Positions 7,207 through 15,812 of a DNA stretch of 47,813 bases are shown one piece after another (the first letter of the stretch is position 1; each line of letters begins with the position of its first letter). Both the position numbers and the translations under genes were made by a program. A model generated the notes under the pieces. The model was not told the origin of the DNA, did no database searches, and saw only the letters and a list, made by a program, of their open reading frames with translations. Source of the DNA: a virus. Its lineage: Duplodnaviria > Caudoviricetes. Location: IMG/VR virus record IMGVR_UViG_3300020045_009153, positions 1 to 47,813 of that record. One strand, given 5' to 3'.

Positions 7207-7347
7207 GGGGAAGCGGCGCGGACATGACGAGCCTGAATATATAAGGCCACTCTAGCAAGAGAGCGACTCTGGGGATTCCTGGAAGCTTACTGCGCTTGTT
7301 GAATGTGGAGCCGGGTGCGGGTCGCAACCAATTCCCGGCCTTCCCCA
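7207..7347 (+). ncRNA. second tRNA-like/multibranched RNA
   Basis: GGGGAAG (7207-7213) / CTTCCCC-A (7340-7347) terminal stem abutting GCCGGG/CCCGGC hairpin; several internal hairpins; intergenic. Confidence 0.55.
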
Positions 7348-7374
7348 GTTTAATAAAAGAGAAAGGAATAAGAG

Positions 7375-7863
7375 ATGAAAAGTCCTGAGGTTCGTTTCTG
7401 GAATAAGGTTAAAAAAGGCAACTCTAAAGAGTGTTGGCTTTGGACTGGAGCAAAAACAGGCACTATGCGCTACGGAGGATTCCGTTTAAATGGAAAGCAA
7501 ATGAACGCTCACAGAGCATCTTGGATTATTCATAATGGCCCCATCCTAAATAGCCTTCATTGTCTGCATAAATGTGACAATCCGCCGTGCGTCAACCCTA
7601 GCCACTTATTTTTAGGAACAAATCTGGACAATATGAGAGATAGACATCTAAAGGGTCGTACAGTTATTTCTAGTGGCGACCATCATAACAAGTATAAAAA
7701 AGTTTGTATAAAAGGCCACCCCTTGTCTGGAGATAATTTGAGACTTTCCCCAAAACAAAAATGGAGGATTTGTCGTGAATGTAACCGTTTCGCTAACATT
7801 CCGTATCGAATGGAAAAGAAAATGCTTGGGTTATTTTTACAACTATCAGGAGAACAAAAATGA
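7375..7863 (+). CDS. HNH homing-type endonuclease
   Basis: RFW.KV...CWLWTG...YG.F...AHRASW...LHKCDNPPCVNPSHL..GT..DN; C-terminal C.KGH...C..C domain. Confidence 0.92.
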   Translation: MKSPEVRFWNKVKKGNSKECWLWTGAKTGTMRYGGFRLNGKQMNAHRASWIIHNGPILNSLHCLHKCDNPPCVNPSHLFLGTNLDNMRDRHLKGRTVISSGDHHNKYKKVCIKGHPLSGDNLRLSPKQKWRICRECNRFANIPYRMEKKMLGLFLQLSGEQK

Positions 7864-8234
7864 ACCGATCACCTGAAGAGATTGCTTATGAAGTGTGCAT
7901 TGATATTAGTTTTAGTTCAAGAGGAGATTCTAAGTCTTGTCAAAATAAGGTTGTCAACGCCATCCTCACCGAACGCTCAGTCTTGGCGGAGAAGGAGGCG
8001 GAGCTTGAACTGCTGCAAAAAATGATCGACATCAACAAGTTTGATAAACAGCAGGACATTATTAAAGCCCAAGCGCAGGTGATTGAGAGGATGCGGGAGA
8101 CACTGAAAGAGGCGGTTATTTATTTACGAGATCATAGAATGACACCTGGTATTTTAAATATCGGTTTGCTTATTTCGGTAATTAAAAAATGTGAAGAAAC
8201 ACTCACCGCCGAGTCCGAAGGGGGAAAAGTATGA
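7860..8234 (+). CDS. hypothetical coiled-coil protein
   Basis: ATGA-coupled, GGAG SD. Confidence 0.6.
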   Translation: MNRSPEEIAYEVCIDISFSSRGDSKSCQNKVVNAILTERSVLAEKEAELELLQKMIDINKFDKQQDIIKAQAQVIERMRETLKEAVIYLRDHRMTPGILNIGLLISVIKKCEETLTAESEGGKV

Positions 8235-8626
8235 AGTTGAAAGATCAAGTTTGTTCGCTTGAGTTAGCCCAGAAGCTGAAGGAATTGGGCGTGAAGCAGA
8301 AGAGTCTTTTTACTTGGAGAAATAACGTTGGCTGGAATGATCAGCCCAAAGAAGACGAGTGGATTGTGACAATGCAGAGCTTCCCTGGATTTCCTGAAAT
8401 TTGCGCCTTCACCGTCGCAGAGCTTGGGGAGATGTTACCGGCACATCTGCAAATCGACAAATACCAAAATAGTAAGTTCTTGTGGTCTGTTTCTTGGAGC
8501 GACATGAGAAACGAATCTCACAGCGAAAAGGCCGACACCGAAGCCGCCGCCCGCGCCAAAATGTTAATCCATCTTATAGAAAAAGGGATCGTGACAATGA
8601 AATCCATAGAGGGAAAAACGGAATGA
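8231..8626 (+). CDS. conserved phage hypothetical protein
   Basis: QVCSLELA.KLKELG...AFTVAELGEMLP...TEA.ARAKMLI.L pattern; ATGA-coupled. Confidence 0.7.
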   Translation: MKLKDQVCSLELAQKLKELGVKQKSLFTWRNNVGWNDQPKEDEWIVTMQSFPGFPEICAFTVAELGEMLPAHLQIDKYQNSKFLWSVSWSDMRNESHSEKADTEAAARAKMLIHLIEKGIVTMKSIEGKTE

Positions 8627-8769
8627 TTAAAACCAAAGAGCAATCCGAACAACAAATCGCTGATATTTATAGAGAGTATGACTTGATCTATGCCAGTCTT
8701 TATCAGCATTTGCTAAAGACCCTTGAAATCGATCACTTAACCGACGAAGCTAGAAAATTGGAGGATTGA
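8623..8769 (+). CDS. small hypothetical protein
   Basis: ATGA-coupled; MIKTKEQ N-terminus resembles ORF 6095. Confidence 0.5.
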   Translation: MIKTKEQSEQQIADIYREYDLIYASLYQHLLKTLEIDHLTDEARKLED

Positions 8770-8918
8770 TGCGACCTCAGTTAGTACACGCTCAATGTTG
8801 CGGTTGCGGCCACGATTGGGAGGCTTTCTTTCCTGATGGCAGGGACGAGGACGAAGCAATCGAGTGTCCAGAGTGTAGGCAAATGTTAGGCGAGGCGCAA
8901 TTCATTGAAAATCAATGA
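8769..8918 (+). CDS. 49-aa zinc-ribbon protein
   Basis: Read by eye: CCGCGHDW...CPEC; GGAGG SD; TGATG coupling. Confidence 0.6.
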   Translation: MRPQLVHAQCCGCGHDWEAFFPDGRDEDEAIECPECRQMLGEAQFIENQ

Positions 8919-9136
8919 ACTTACGTTATCAATTTTGTGAAAGGATTTTTAAGGAGGAAACTTTGAAAGAAAAATTAGAGAAAATATGCATAAATTGTAA
9001 ATGGTGTGTGCCTTATAACTACGGATTTTTTAATGCGGAAAAAGGTTACGATTGTCATGTTAACCCACCTAAAAGTAATTATACATTTCCGAGTGTTAGA
9101 GCCGAAGATTTTTGCAAAGAATGGGAAAAAAAATGA
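8915..9136 (+). CDS. small Cys-rich protein
   Basis: CINCKWC...CH..PP...P.V..DFC..W; alternative TTG start 8963 with AGGAGG. Confidence 0.6.
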   Translation: MNLRYQFCERIFKEETLKEKLEKICINCKWCVPYNYGFFNAEKGYDCHVNPPKSNYTFPSVRAEDFCKEWEKK

Positions 9137-9156
9137 GGATTTTTTAAGGGGAAGAT

Positions 9157-9444
9157 ATGACAATAGCACCTGTAAAATGTAAATGCGGAAGCGACATGGT
9201 TGTTTTTTATGAACGTTACATAGATGATCGTTGGGCTGCCAATTGTTTAAATTGCAATAGAACCGTAGACTATTTCGGGCCACATATTTTTCAATGGAAG
9301 GCTGATTATGTATGGAGTCACCCAGTCGATTTTTTAAAATGCAAATGTGGGAATGAATTTTTTTGTCAAAAAATTCTAAGTTCATACCCTGTAAAATTTT
9401 ATCAATGCAATAAGTGTGGACAAGAAATGGATTTAAGAAAATGA
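9157..9444 (+). CDS. tandem zinc-ribbon protein
   Basis: CKCG...CLNC...CKCG...CNKCG. Confidence 0.6.
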   Translation: MTIAPVKCKCGSDMVVFYERYIDDRWAANCLNCNRTVDYFGPHIFQWKADYVWSHPVDFLKCKCGNEFFCQKILSSYPVKFYQCNKCGQEMDLRK

Positions 9445-9484
9445 AAATATTGGGAATTTTTTTGTTATTCTTTGCTGTGCTTAA

Positions 9485-10531
9485 ATGAGAATACTCTTCA
9501 AGGACAGTCGTTACCACGGACAGAGGCAGTACGAGAAGCCAGTTGATATTTATCCGGCCCACCTAGCGATGTACTGCCAACATCTTCGCAACGAAGGCCA
9601 TGATGTTGTTTGGTTTGGTAAAGATGACGCTAAGTTTGATAAGGTTATAGATTCAGATCTCCAGATAGATATTGATTTTGAAAAGCTCCCAATTCCAGAC
9701 AGAATTTTTACTAATTCTATGAATAAAAAATATCTTTCATACGGAAATTATAAGTATTCTAAGGGCAGTCATTACCTCTCTTCAAATCTTTGTTGGTGGG
9801 CTGGTGAAAAGGGCTGCATTTTTTGCGTTGATTCTAAACGAATTATGGACGGTGAGCGTCGTGGAGTCAGAACAGTTGATCATGTAATTTCTGAAATTGA
9901 AGATTGTGTAAGAATTGGACATAATGAACTTTTCGATGACGCTGGGACTATACCTATAGGAAAGTGGTTGGATGATTTTTGCAAAGCAATGACCAAAACT
10001 GGTTTAAATAAAAGAATTAAAATTGGATGCAATCTAAAACCTCTACACCTTGACTTTAAGATGATGAAAGAAGCAGGGTTCAGGTTTATACTTGTGGGCG
10101 TGGAATCGGCCAATCAGAAGACCTTAGATATTATTAAGAAGGGTCAGCATCAGGTAAATGTGACTAAAAATATAAAGGCAATGGCTGGTGCGGGACTAGA
10201 GGTACACATCACTTCGATGACCTCATACCCTTGGGAAACGGAAGAAGAAGAGAAAAATACTAGAGATTACTTTCAGTTCCTTTTAAGGAAGGGATACGCT
10301 AAAACTGGCCAGGTTTCTATTTATAGTCCACCAAGAACAGCTCCAGATCCAAACTCAATTGGTCATAAAAGAGTCCCTAAGTTTTATGATGTCTATAAGA
10401 GTCCTGAATTTTGGTATAGAAAAATCACTGACATAAGATGTATAGAAGATGTGTCTTACTTAGCTAGAGGTGGAAGACTTGTGTTTGAGGAACATTGGAG
10501 AAAATTATGCCACGCCCTACGATTAAAATAA
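9485..10531 (+). CDS. radical SAM protein related to the B12-dependent class, atypical Cys spacing
   Basis: P..LA N-terminus, LPIPDR, CWWAGEKGCIFC, FDD, MKEAGF..I.VGVESANQKTL..IKKG, YPWET. Confidence 0.85.
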   Translation: MRILFKDSRYHGQRQYEKPVDIYPAHLAMYCQHLRNEGHDVVWFGKDDAKFDKVIDSDLQIDIDFEKLPIPDRIFTNSMNKKYLSYGNYKYSKGSHYLSSNLCWWAGEKGCIFCVDSKRIMDGERRGVRTVDHVISEIEDCVRIGHNELFDDAGTIPIGKWLDDFCKAMTKTGLNKRIKIGCNLKPLHLDFKMMKEAGFRFILVGVESANQKTLDIIKKGQHQVNVTKNIKAMAGAGLEVHITSMTSYPWETEEEEKNTRDYFQFLLRKGYAKTGQVSIYSPPRTAPDPNSIGHKRVPKFYDVYKSPEFWYRKITDIRCIEDVSYLARGGRLVFEEHWRKLCHALRLK

Positions 10532-10589
10532 TACTCAAATGCTGTAATTGTTTTGAGCAATTTAGAATCCTTAAAAGGATGATATTTAA

Positions 10590-10814
10590 ATGAAGGTTTT
10601 TTGCAATGATTGTAAGTACCACCGATTTATAGCAATCTGCAAACACCCGTCAACAAAACATGTTGACAACTGTTGGGCGTTTAGCAGCGTGGCCTATGGT
10701 TATGGGCCAATAATTAATGCAAGCAATGATTGCAGTATGTATGAACCTAATTTGTTAAAGTCGTTATTAAATATTTTTTCTGCAAACAAAAATAAAGCCA
10801 CGAGCAAACAATGA
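10590..10814 (+). CDS. small Cys-rich protein
   Basis: CNDCKY...C.HP...N...DC..Y; last gene of the + arm. Confidence 0.5.
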   Translation: MKVFCNDCKYHRFIAICKHPSTKHVDNCWAFSSVAYGYGPIINASNDCSMYEPNLLKSLLNIFSANKNKATSKQ

Positions 10815-11408
10815 CGGAAAACGATCAGCTAAAAACTGGTGGATGGAGATTGGTATCAAGGATAGAATTTTCCCAACCCAAGCCTGTCTTGAGCCAGCAG
10901 CAGATGGAGATACATAATATTCTTCGCTCACTACTTCTAGGCGATCAGATAAAGATTTTAAGAAGTCTCTGCATTGTCTCAGACTCGGAAGGTGCAAGTG
11001 TTTTCCTTGATTTGAAAAGCATTCCGCATCCACTGTGCCGAGAAGACATCGAATCCTGTGAAACAAACTTGCTTCATTTGGTAGAGAGACGACTAGAATT
11101 CCACCTTCTTCAAGATGATTACAAATGGATTCGAGCGTGGCGTACGGATTCTTCAAATGCTCAAGAACTTCCAGACAGATAATCCGTTCGAACTTCCTGT
11201 TGAGATTAAATCCCCCATCGATTTCGTACCCTGTGAGTGTGTCAATGCCATAATACACGACATTATTGAGGAACTGTCTCGCCTCCATTTGGTGGCAACC
11301 GACATCGAGAAGAGACATCCCCGGCCAGCAGTCCGCGAGTTGGATAGATTTCTTGAGACGGGCTAGGGCGTAGGGGTCGTCGTGCAAGTGAGGCCAATGG
11401 TCAACCAT
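10767..11408 (-). CDS. class I SAM-dependent methyltransferase
   Basis: LLDVGC, CLEVLEHL.NP, GGILVVSLPN. Confidence 0.85.
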   Translation of the reverse strand: MVDHWPHLHDDPYALARLKKSIQLADCWPGMSLLDVGCHQMEARQFLNNVVYYGIDTLTGYEIDGGFNLNRKFERIICLEVLEHLKNPYATLESICNHLEEGGILVVSLPNEASLFHRIRCLLGTVDAECFSNQGKHLHLPSLRQCRDFLKSLSDRLEVVSEEYYVSPSAAGSRQAWVGKILSLIPISIHQFLADRFPSLFARGFIFVCRKNI

Positions 11409-12390
11409 GCAAGCCAGTCTTTATATAGTGAAAAAATCGTTTGTAATAGTAACTGAGTGGTGGATTCTTAGTTACAAAAGGGAAAAAGTCAGCATCGTAA
11501 ATCTTTCTTCTTAATTGGACTGTTTTTCTTTTGTGAAGAATCTGCTTGAGGTTACAAACAACATACCATAAGCCTTTCAATATATAAACCCCAGCCGACA
11601 CTTTCCCTGTCAAAATCATCCCAATCGAAGCTGAGAGCCAGACGCAAACTTGGACAATTAGAGGAACGATAAGATTTAACGGATTAAGATTTGTAATCAA
11701 CATAGAAATGTAATTCCTGCACCCGTTAAAATAGACTCTCTTTGGGATATAAAAGTCTTTTGGTTTAAATCTTGTGTTAAAAGCATGATATGTGACTGAC
11801 TTAGGGACGTAAAACACAGCCCACCCATTTAACCATACCCGCCAAGCGAGATCTGTCTCTTCTCCCAAAATTTCATAAGAAACATCAAACATTCCAGCCT
11901 CAACGAAAACATTTCTCCTGATCATCATGGAGGCCGACTTCCCTGCTAAGATTGGGACTATTTTTTCGTATTGCCCGGTATCTTTGCATCCCGACTCTGC
12001 CCTTGCCCACAAAAACCCTGACCAAGTAAGGTAAGACCCAGCCTCGTCAAATCTATCCCTGTGTTCCATGTTTAGTAGTTTCCCAAAAACAGCCCCAACT
12101 CCTTCGTTATTCAATGTTGTGGCCATTTCATACACAGCCGTTGGCGTGGCCTCTATGTCATCGTCGAAGAAAGCTATCAGGTCGTGCGTTGCGTATCTCA
12201 GGGCTACGTTCCTTTTGTTCGCCGGGCCACCCTTAACGAAAATTGTTTTAGTACCGTAAAAAACTCTATCTTCGGCTGAGGTTGCGACGATGATTTCTAA
12301 TTCAACATACTTTTGGGCTTTAAGAGATTGAATGGCTTTTAGAATTAAATCGCCTTTGTGGTGGCAGAGACAAACGCTAACCTTAAACAT
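11401..12390 (-). CDS. glycosyltransferase family 2
   Basis: KRN..L, AFFDDD, MMIRR.VF...GMFD, EETDLAWR..L.GW...Y.P.S..YH. Confidence 0.9.
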   Translation of the reverse strand: MFKVSVCLCHHKGDLILKAIQSLKAQKYVELEIIVATSAEDRVFYGTKTIFVKGGPANKRNVALRYATHDLIAFFDDDIEATPTAVYEMATTLNNEGVGAVFGKLLNMEHRDRFDEAGSYLTWSGFLWARAESGCKDTGQYEKIVPILAGKSASMMIRRNVFVEAGMFDVSYEILGEETDLAWRVWLNGWAVFYVPKSVTYHAFNTRFKPKDFYIPKRVYFNGCRNYISMLITNLNPLNLIVPLIVQVCVWLSASIGMILTGKVSAGVYILKGLWYVVCNLKQILHKRKTVQLRRKIYDADFFPFVTKNPPLSYYYKRFFHYIKTGLHG

Positions 12391-12417
12391 TGTAAAATCT
12401 CTTTTTATTTGCTACCT

Positions 12418-12711
12418 TCATGCTGATTTCCTCACGCAGTAGTTAAAAGTGTCCATAATTTTTTCGGCATCATAAGCAAGCCCGAATTTGTTAATTAAGA
12501 GTTGCAACCCAGTTCCATTCACAAAAACAAAGCAACTCTTTCCTTCTTTTATATCCATCACAAAAGATCTGCTATGGCCCAAATAACTTCCTGAATGATG
12601 AACATAAAATGCCGCCATTCTTATCGTTTCCACTAAAACAGTTCTTCCCAAACTGTTCACAATGGCAAAATGATTATTAATCAGCAATTCTGAAAGCCCC
12701 GATGTAATCAC
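12418..12711 (-). CDS. hypothetical protein
   Basis: ORF fills gap within the operon; no recognised motif. Confidence 0.4.
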   Translation of the reverse strand: MITSGLSELLINNHFAIVNSLGRTVLVETIRMAAFYVHHSGSYLGHSRSFVMDIKEGKSCFVFVNGTGLQLLINKFGLAYDAEKIMDTFNYCVRKSA

Positions 12712-13780
12712 TTATTTTCCTTTCTTCTCTGTAACCTGTTAAAAAAGGCCACTTGTAAGATTTTTTCTTCTTGGTGTATAATCTACTTGGTTTTTCCCAC
12801 CACTGGGAGAAAGGGAATGATGGGTAGATTGAAGAGTTTCCAATTAAAAGAAAGCCTTGTAAGCCAACTAAAATGTCCGGGGCGTGTGATACCAACGAAG
12901 CTATGGAAAAAGTTAATAAATAAAGGGCTCGTGCGGGTATTCTTTGGACAGACGGCAATAAACCGCTACATATCAGCACCGCTATTAAAACACCTAACCA
13001 CCACCACGAAGCCTTCCAAATAAAAAATGGTGCGATCCCCATGTACATCATCATCTCAGGGTAATGAACCCCATTAGTAGTCCCGATATTCCTGATAGGG
13101 TTTATGAGGTCAAAAAGCTTCAAGAACGGCACTCTCCCAAAGTTTCTATCAACCTTCTCTGTCATCCTAACGGATCGCTTAAAATAGCCCAAAAAAGGGA
13201 TTAACTGGCTTACTGACATCAGTGACCCAATAACGAAAGAAAGTGGCTGTAATAGGCAAATTAGGGGCATAACGTACACCAAAACAGGGTAATAACCTCC
13301 TAGTAAGGCCATAGACCACCCAACAGCCACCATGATGCCTCCACAGAAAGCTAGCGGGACCCAAGTTACGGTGTAAACAAATGTCGGGGTATTTGGCTTT
13401 ATAACATACCCGGCGTAAGCTAGAGTAATCGCAGCAAATAAATTCCCGAACAATTGGTAGGCAAAGACAGAACAGATTAAAAAATGAAAAAGAATAAAAT
13501 AAGCATAAAGCCTGAAGGCACGGTCTTCTTTCAAAAAACTTCCGATGTATGCGCTAATTAAATTCGGCGGGTAGAAGGTCGCTAAAAATGGAATAGAGGC
13601 GGGAAGCTTGTAGTAAATTTCATCTTGCGCGGGGAAGATGCCTTTCCTGAGTTGTCTCCCAACCCATAGCCAATGCGGAAAAAATGTAGAAGCCACCTCA
13701 GAGGTACAAAGAAGATACGGGTTTATCAGAAACTTTCTCCAGAAAATAAGCCAGTAAGCAAAAAGAACTAAATAGGGCAT
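12677..13780 (-). CDS. multi-pass membrane protein, YfhO/GT-C-like
   Basis: Many hydrophobic segments; LRKG.FP...PFLA.FYPPN N-terminal pattern and E..MYMG resemble the YfhO family. Confidence 0.55.
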   Translation of the reverse strand: MPYLVLFAYWLIFWRKFLINPYLLCTSEVASTFFPHWLWVGRQLRKGIFPAQDEIYYKLPASIPFLATFYPPNLISAYIGSFLKEDRAFRLYAYFILFHFLICSVFAYQLFGNLFAAITLAYAGYVIKPNTPTFVYTVTWVPLAFCGGIMVAVGWSMALLGGYYPVLVYVMPLICLLQPLSFVIGSLMSVSQLIPFLGYFKRSVRMTEKVDRNFGRVPFLKLFDLINPIRNIGTTNGVHYPEMMMYMGIAPFFIWKASWWWLGVLIAVLICSGLLPSVQRIPARALYLLTFSIASLVSHAPDILVGLQGFLLIGNSSIYPSFPFSQWWEKPSRLYTKKKKSYKWPFLTGYREERKISDYIGAFRIAD

Positions 13781-13782
13781 TT

Positions 13783-14214
13783 TTAGTTTTTTAAAAAATC
13801 AACAACCTCATCGTAGGTTTCTCTCAATAGCAAAATATTAAGACAAAAAAGAAATTCGACGACCATCGAGAAATACATTGGCATCGCCACAAACGGATGA
13901 AAAGGAAACTGAAAAAAATCGCGGCTTAACGGCCAGAACAACTGAACGCCGTTTCTTGGATGGTCTTGGCACAACATATCAAGAATTGAATGGGATAAAA
14001 CTAAAAATGAATAATAAGCCCAATTTTTTCTTGAGACCAGAAACCCAATCGCAACAGCAAACACAATACTGTGCGTAAGTCCGCGATGCTCAATCCCGAC
14101 AAGGAAATCAAAGTCTGGCAAAATCGTCAGAAAACAACAGAACAGAAGCCTGAATATGTTTCTGCTATTGTCTCTTGTTGCCAGAGCGACAGAAAAATGT
14201 CCTATAGGGTACAT
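13783..14214 (-). CDS. membrane metal-dependent hydrolase (YdjM-like)
   Basis: GH...LPDFD...HRGLTHS...SH..LD...GVQLFWP. Confidence 0.88.
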   Translation of the reverse strand: MYPIGHFSVALATRDNSRNIFRLLFCCFLTILPDFDFLVGIEHRGLTHSIVFAVAIGFLVSRKNWAYYSFLVLSHSILDMLCQDHPRNGVQLFWPLSRDFFQFPFHPFVAMPMYFSMVVEFLFCLNILLLRETYDEVVDFLKN

Positions 14215-14840
14215 TTGATCCTAAAAGCGGAAGCCATGTTAACGTTGAGTTTGGTTAAAATCCGATCCGTGAGTTTAATCAAAGGTTGGCACGGATATGT
14301 TGAACGCTCCCCCGCCACGCTCTTTATTTTAAAGCCATGTTTCTTGAGAAGTTGGGTGAGGGCTGGGACGGTGTAAACGTATATATGGCCACCAAGCTCC
14401 TCAGAGTTCCATCCAAAAGCTTTTCCGACATTATAACGAGTCGAGAGCTCAACGCTGTGAGGAACGTAACCAAATAAGAATAAAATCCTGTTAAACCACG
14501 CTGCTAGGTTCGGAGTACCGATGTCTAGTATTGTTTTTTCGTTCATAACCTTTTTGCATTCGTCTAAAAATTTATCGGGGTCGGAAAAATGCTCAATCGA
14601 ATGATTGGCGAGAATAACGTCCCAATTTCCTTTAGGAAGACCGTGTTTCATAACGTCCCATCCGTACTTCAGGTCGGCAACAGTGACTTCTGAATTGGGA
14701 TAGAATTCATACCTCGCTCTTAAACCATTACCGCCACCAACATCAAGGACGTTAAGATATTTTTTGTCGTTTGAAAAAAATGTCAGGGTATTCTCTCCAA
14801 ACGTCACAGTTCCCACACAATCCTTCGTATTTTCCTTCAA
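14202..14840 (-). CDS. class I SAM-dependent methyltransferase
   Basis: VLDVGGG.G, IEHF.DP, TPNLAAW.NR, GHI..YT; start uncertain. Confidence 0.85.
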   Translation of the reverse strand: MKENTKDCVGTVTFGENTLTFFSNDKKYLNVLDVGGGNGLRARYEFYPNSEVTVADLKYGWDVMKHGLPKGNWDVILANHSIEHFSDPDKFLDECKKVMNEKTILDIGTPNLAAWFNRILFLFGYVPHSVELSTRYNVGKAFGWNSEELGGHIYVYTVPALTQLLKKHGFKIKSVAGERSTYPCQPLIKLTDRILTKLNVNMASAFRIKCTL

Positions 14841-15633
14841 GATGCCCCCGCCTTACAATATCTAGCCTTTGCCAACATTGATTTACGGTTTCCTCGTTTA
14901 TATCGCCGAACACCTCTTTTTGGTGAGGGTCCGCGCAGCACATTAGAAACTTCCCGTTCCAAGCGACCGCTGGAGCCATCCAGAGGTGATAGCAGGGCCA
15001 TCTCGAATCCGCACTTTTGGCAGAAGTAAATAATTTTTTGCCAATCTGAAACCGCGACGAATCTATGCCTGAAGCATAGTTGTGCATTCTTCGGCCTTCT
15101 ACGTTTTTCCATGATTTCCATTCTTCTCTCGCTTCATCTGTAGTGATACCGTCAATGAATCTAACTCTAAACTTTCCCCATTTTTTAAGTTTTAATAGGG
15201 TGGGTTCTGTAAATTTTGCTTCTCGTCTCCAAGTCCAGTAAGATTGATCAATCCCACAGGATATAAAATCGTCGATGCACTCATTGAGAACCGTGCCGTT
15301 GGTGGTGAGCAAGACAGTGTGGCGTGAACAGCTTTTTTTGATGTAACGGACAGCTTCAAAGATGCGCGGATAGAGGAGTGGCTCACCAAAAAGGTGAAGG
15401 CTAAAACTTCTAGGTCCGTATCGAGTAGCCTCATCGACAATTTTCCTGAAGAGTCCAAAATCCATATCCTGACTCGTCCTTTCTCGTGGACAATACGCAC
15501 AGGATAAATTGCAGTTTGCGGTTGTTTCAATAAAAAGGTGGTGAGGGTAATCTTTCGAGATGAAGGCTTGCGCTCCGAGCTTGAAGAGTGGAGTTGGTAG
15601 TTTTTTTGCGATTTGTGCATAAACAGTTGACAC
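14752..15633 (-). CDS. radical SAM protein with SPASM/twitch domain
   Basis: CNLSCAYC, GEPLL, TTNG; C-terminal CYHLW...CCAD...GDI...CGNC. Confidence 0.92.
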   Translation of the reverse strand: MSTVYAQIAKKLPTPLFKLGAQAFISKDYPHHLFIETTANCNLSCAYCPRERTSQDMDFGLFRKIVDEATRYGPRSFSLHLFGEPLLYPRIFEAVRYIKKSCSRHTVLLTTNGTVLNECIDDFISCGIDQSYWTWRREAKFTEPTLLKLKKWGKFRVRFIDGITTDEAREEWKSWKNVEGRRMHNYASGIDSSRFQIGKKLFTSAKSADSRWPCYHLWMAPAVAWNGKFLMCCADPHQKEVFGDINEETVNQCWQRLDIVRRGHLEGKYEGLCGNCDVWREYPDIFFKRQKIS

Positions 15634-15634
15634 T

Positions 15635-15805
15635 TTATTGTTTTTCTTTTATATACTGAGAAAGTTCTTTTTTAAGCTCTTCTAAGCGTGACTTTTTGTG
15701 CCTTATGAACCCCTTGTCAAAAAGGTGCTCATCTTTAGACACAGCATCCAAATAGCGACTTATATCGTTTATTTCTCTTTCCAGCATAAATTTACTGTTT
15801 GTCAT
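15635..15805 (-). CDS. 56-aa hypothetical protein
   Basis: Read by eye: MTNSKFMLEREIND...KEKQ; GAGG SD; fills the gap between two radical SAM genes. Confidence 0.45.
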   Translation of the reverse strand: MTNSKFMLEREINDISRYLDAVSKDEHLFDKGFIRHKKSRLEELKKELSQYIKEKQ

Positions 15806-15812
15806 TTTGGCC

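Noticed and set aside
7375-7863. IscB/HEARO-type RNA-guided nuclease or group I intron ORF
   Set aside because: No RuvC or PLMP motifs and no interrupted host gene; it looks like a free-standing HNH.
8975-9562. 195-aa minus-strand ORF
   Set aside because: Antisense to coupled + strand genes with clear motifs; no recognisable domain.
10811-11366. Plus-strand ORFs continuing past the convergence point
   Set aside because: Fully antisense to a well-supported methyltransferase.
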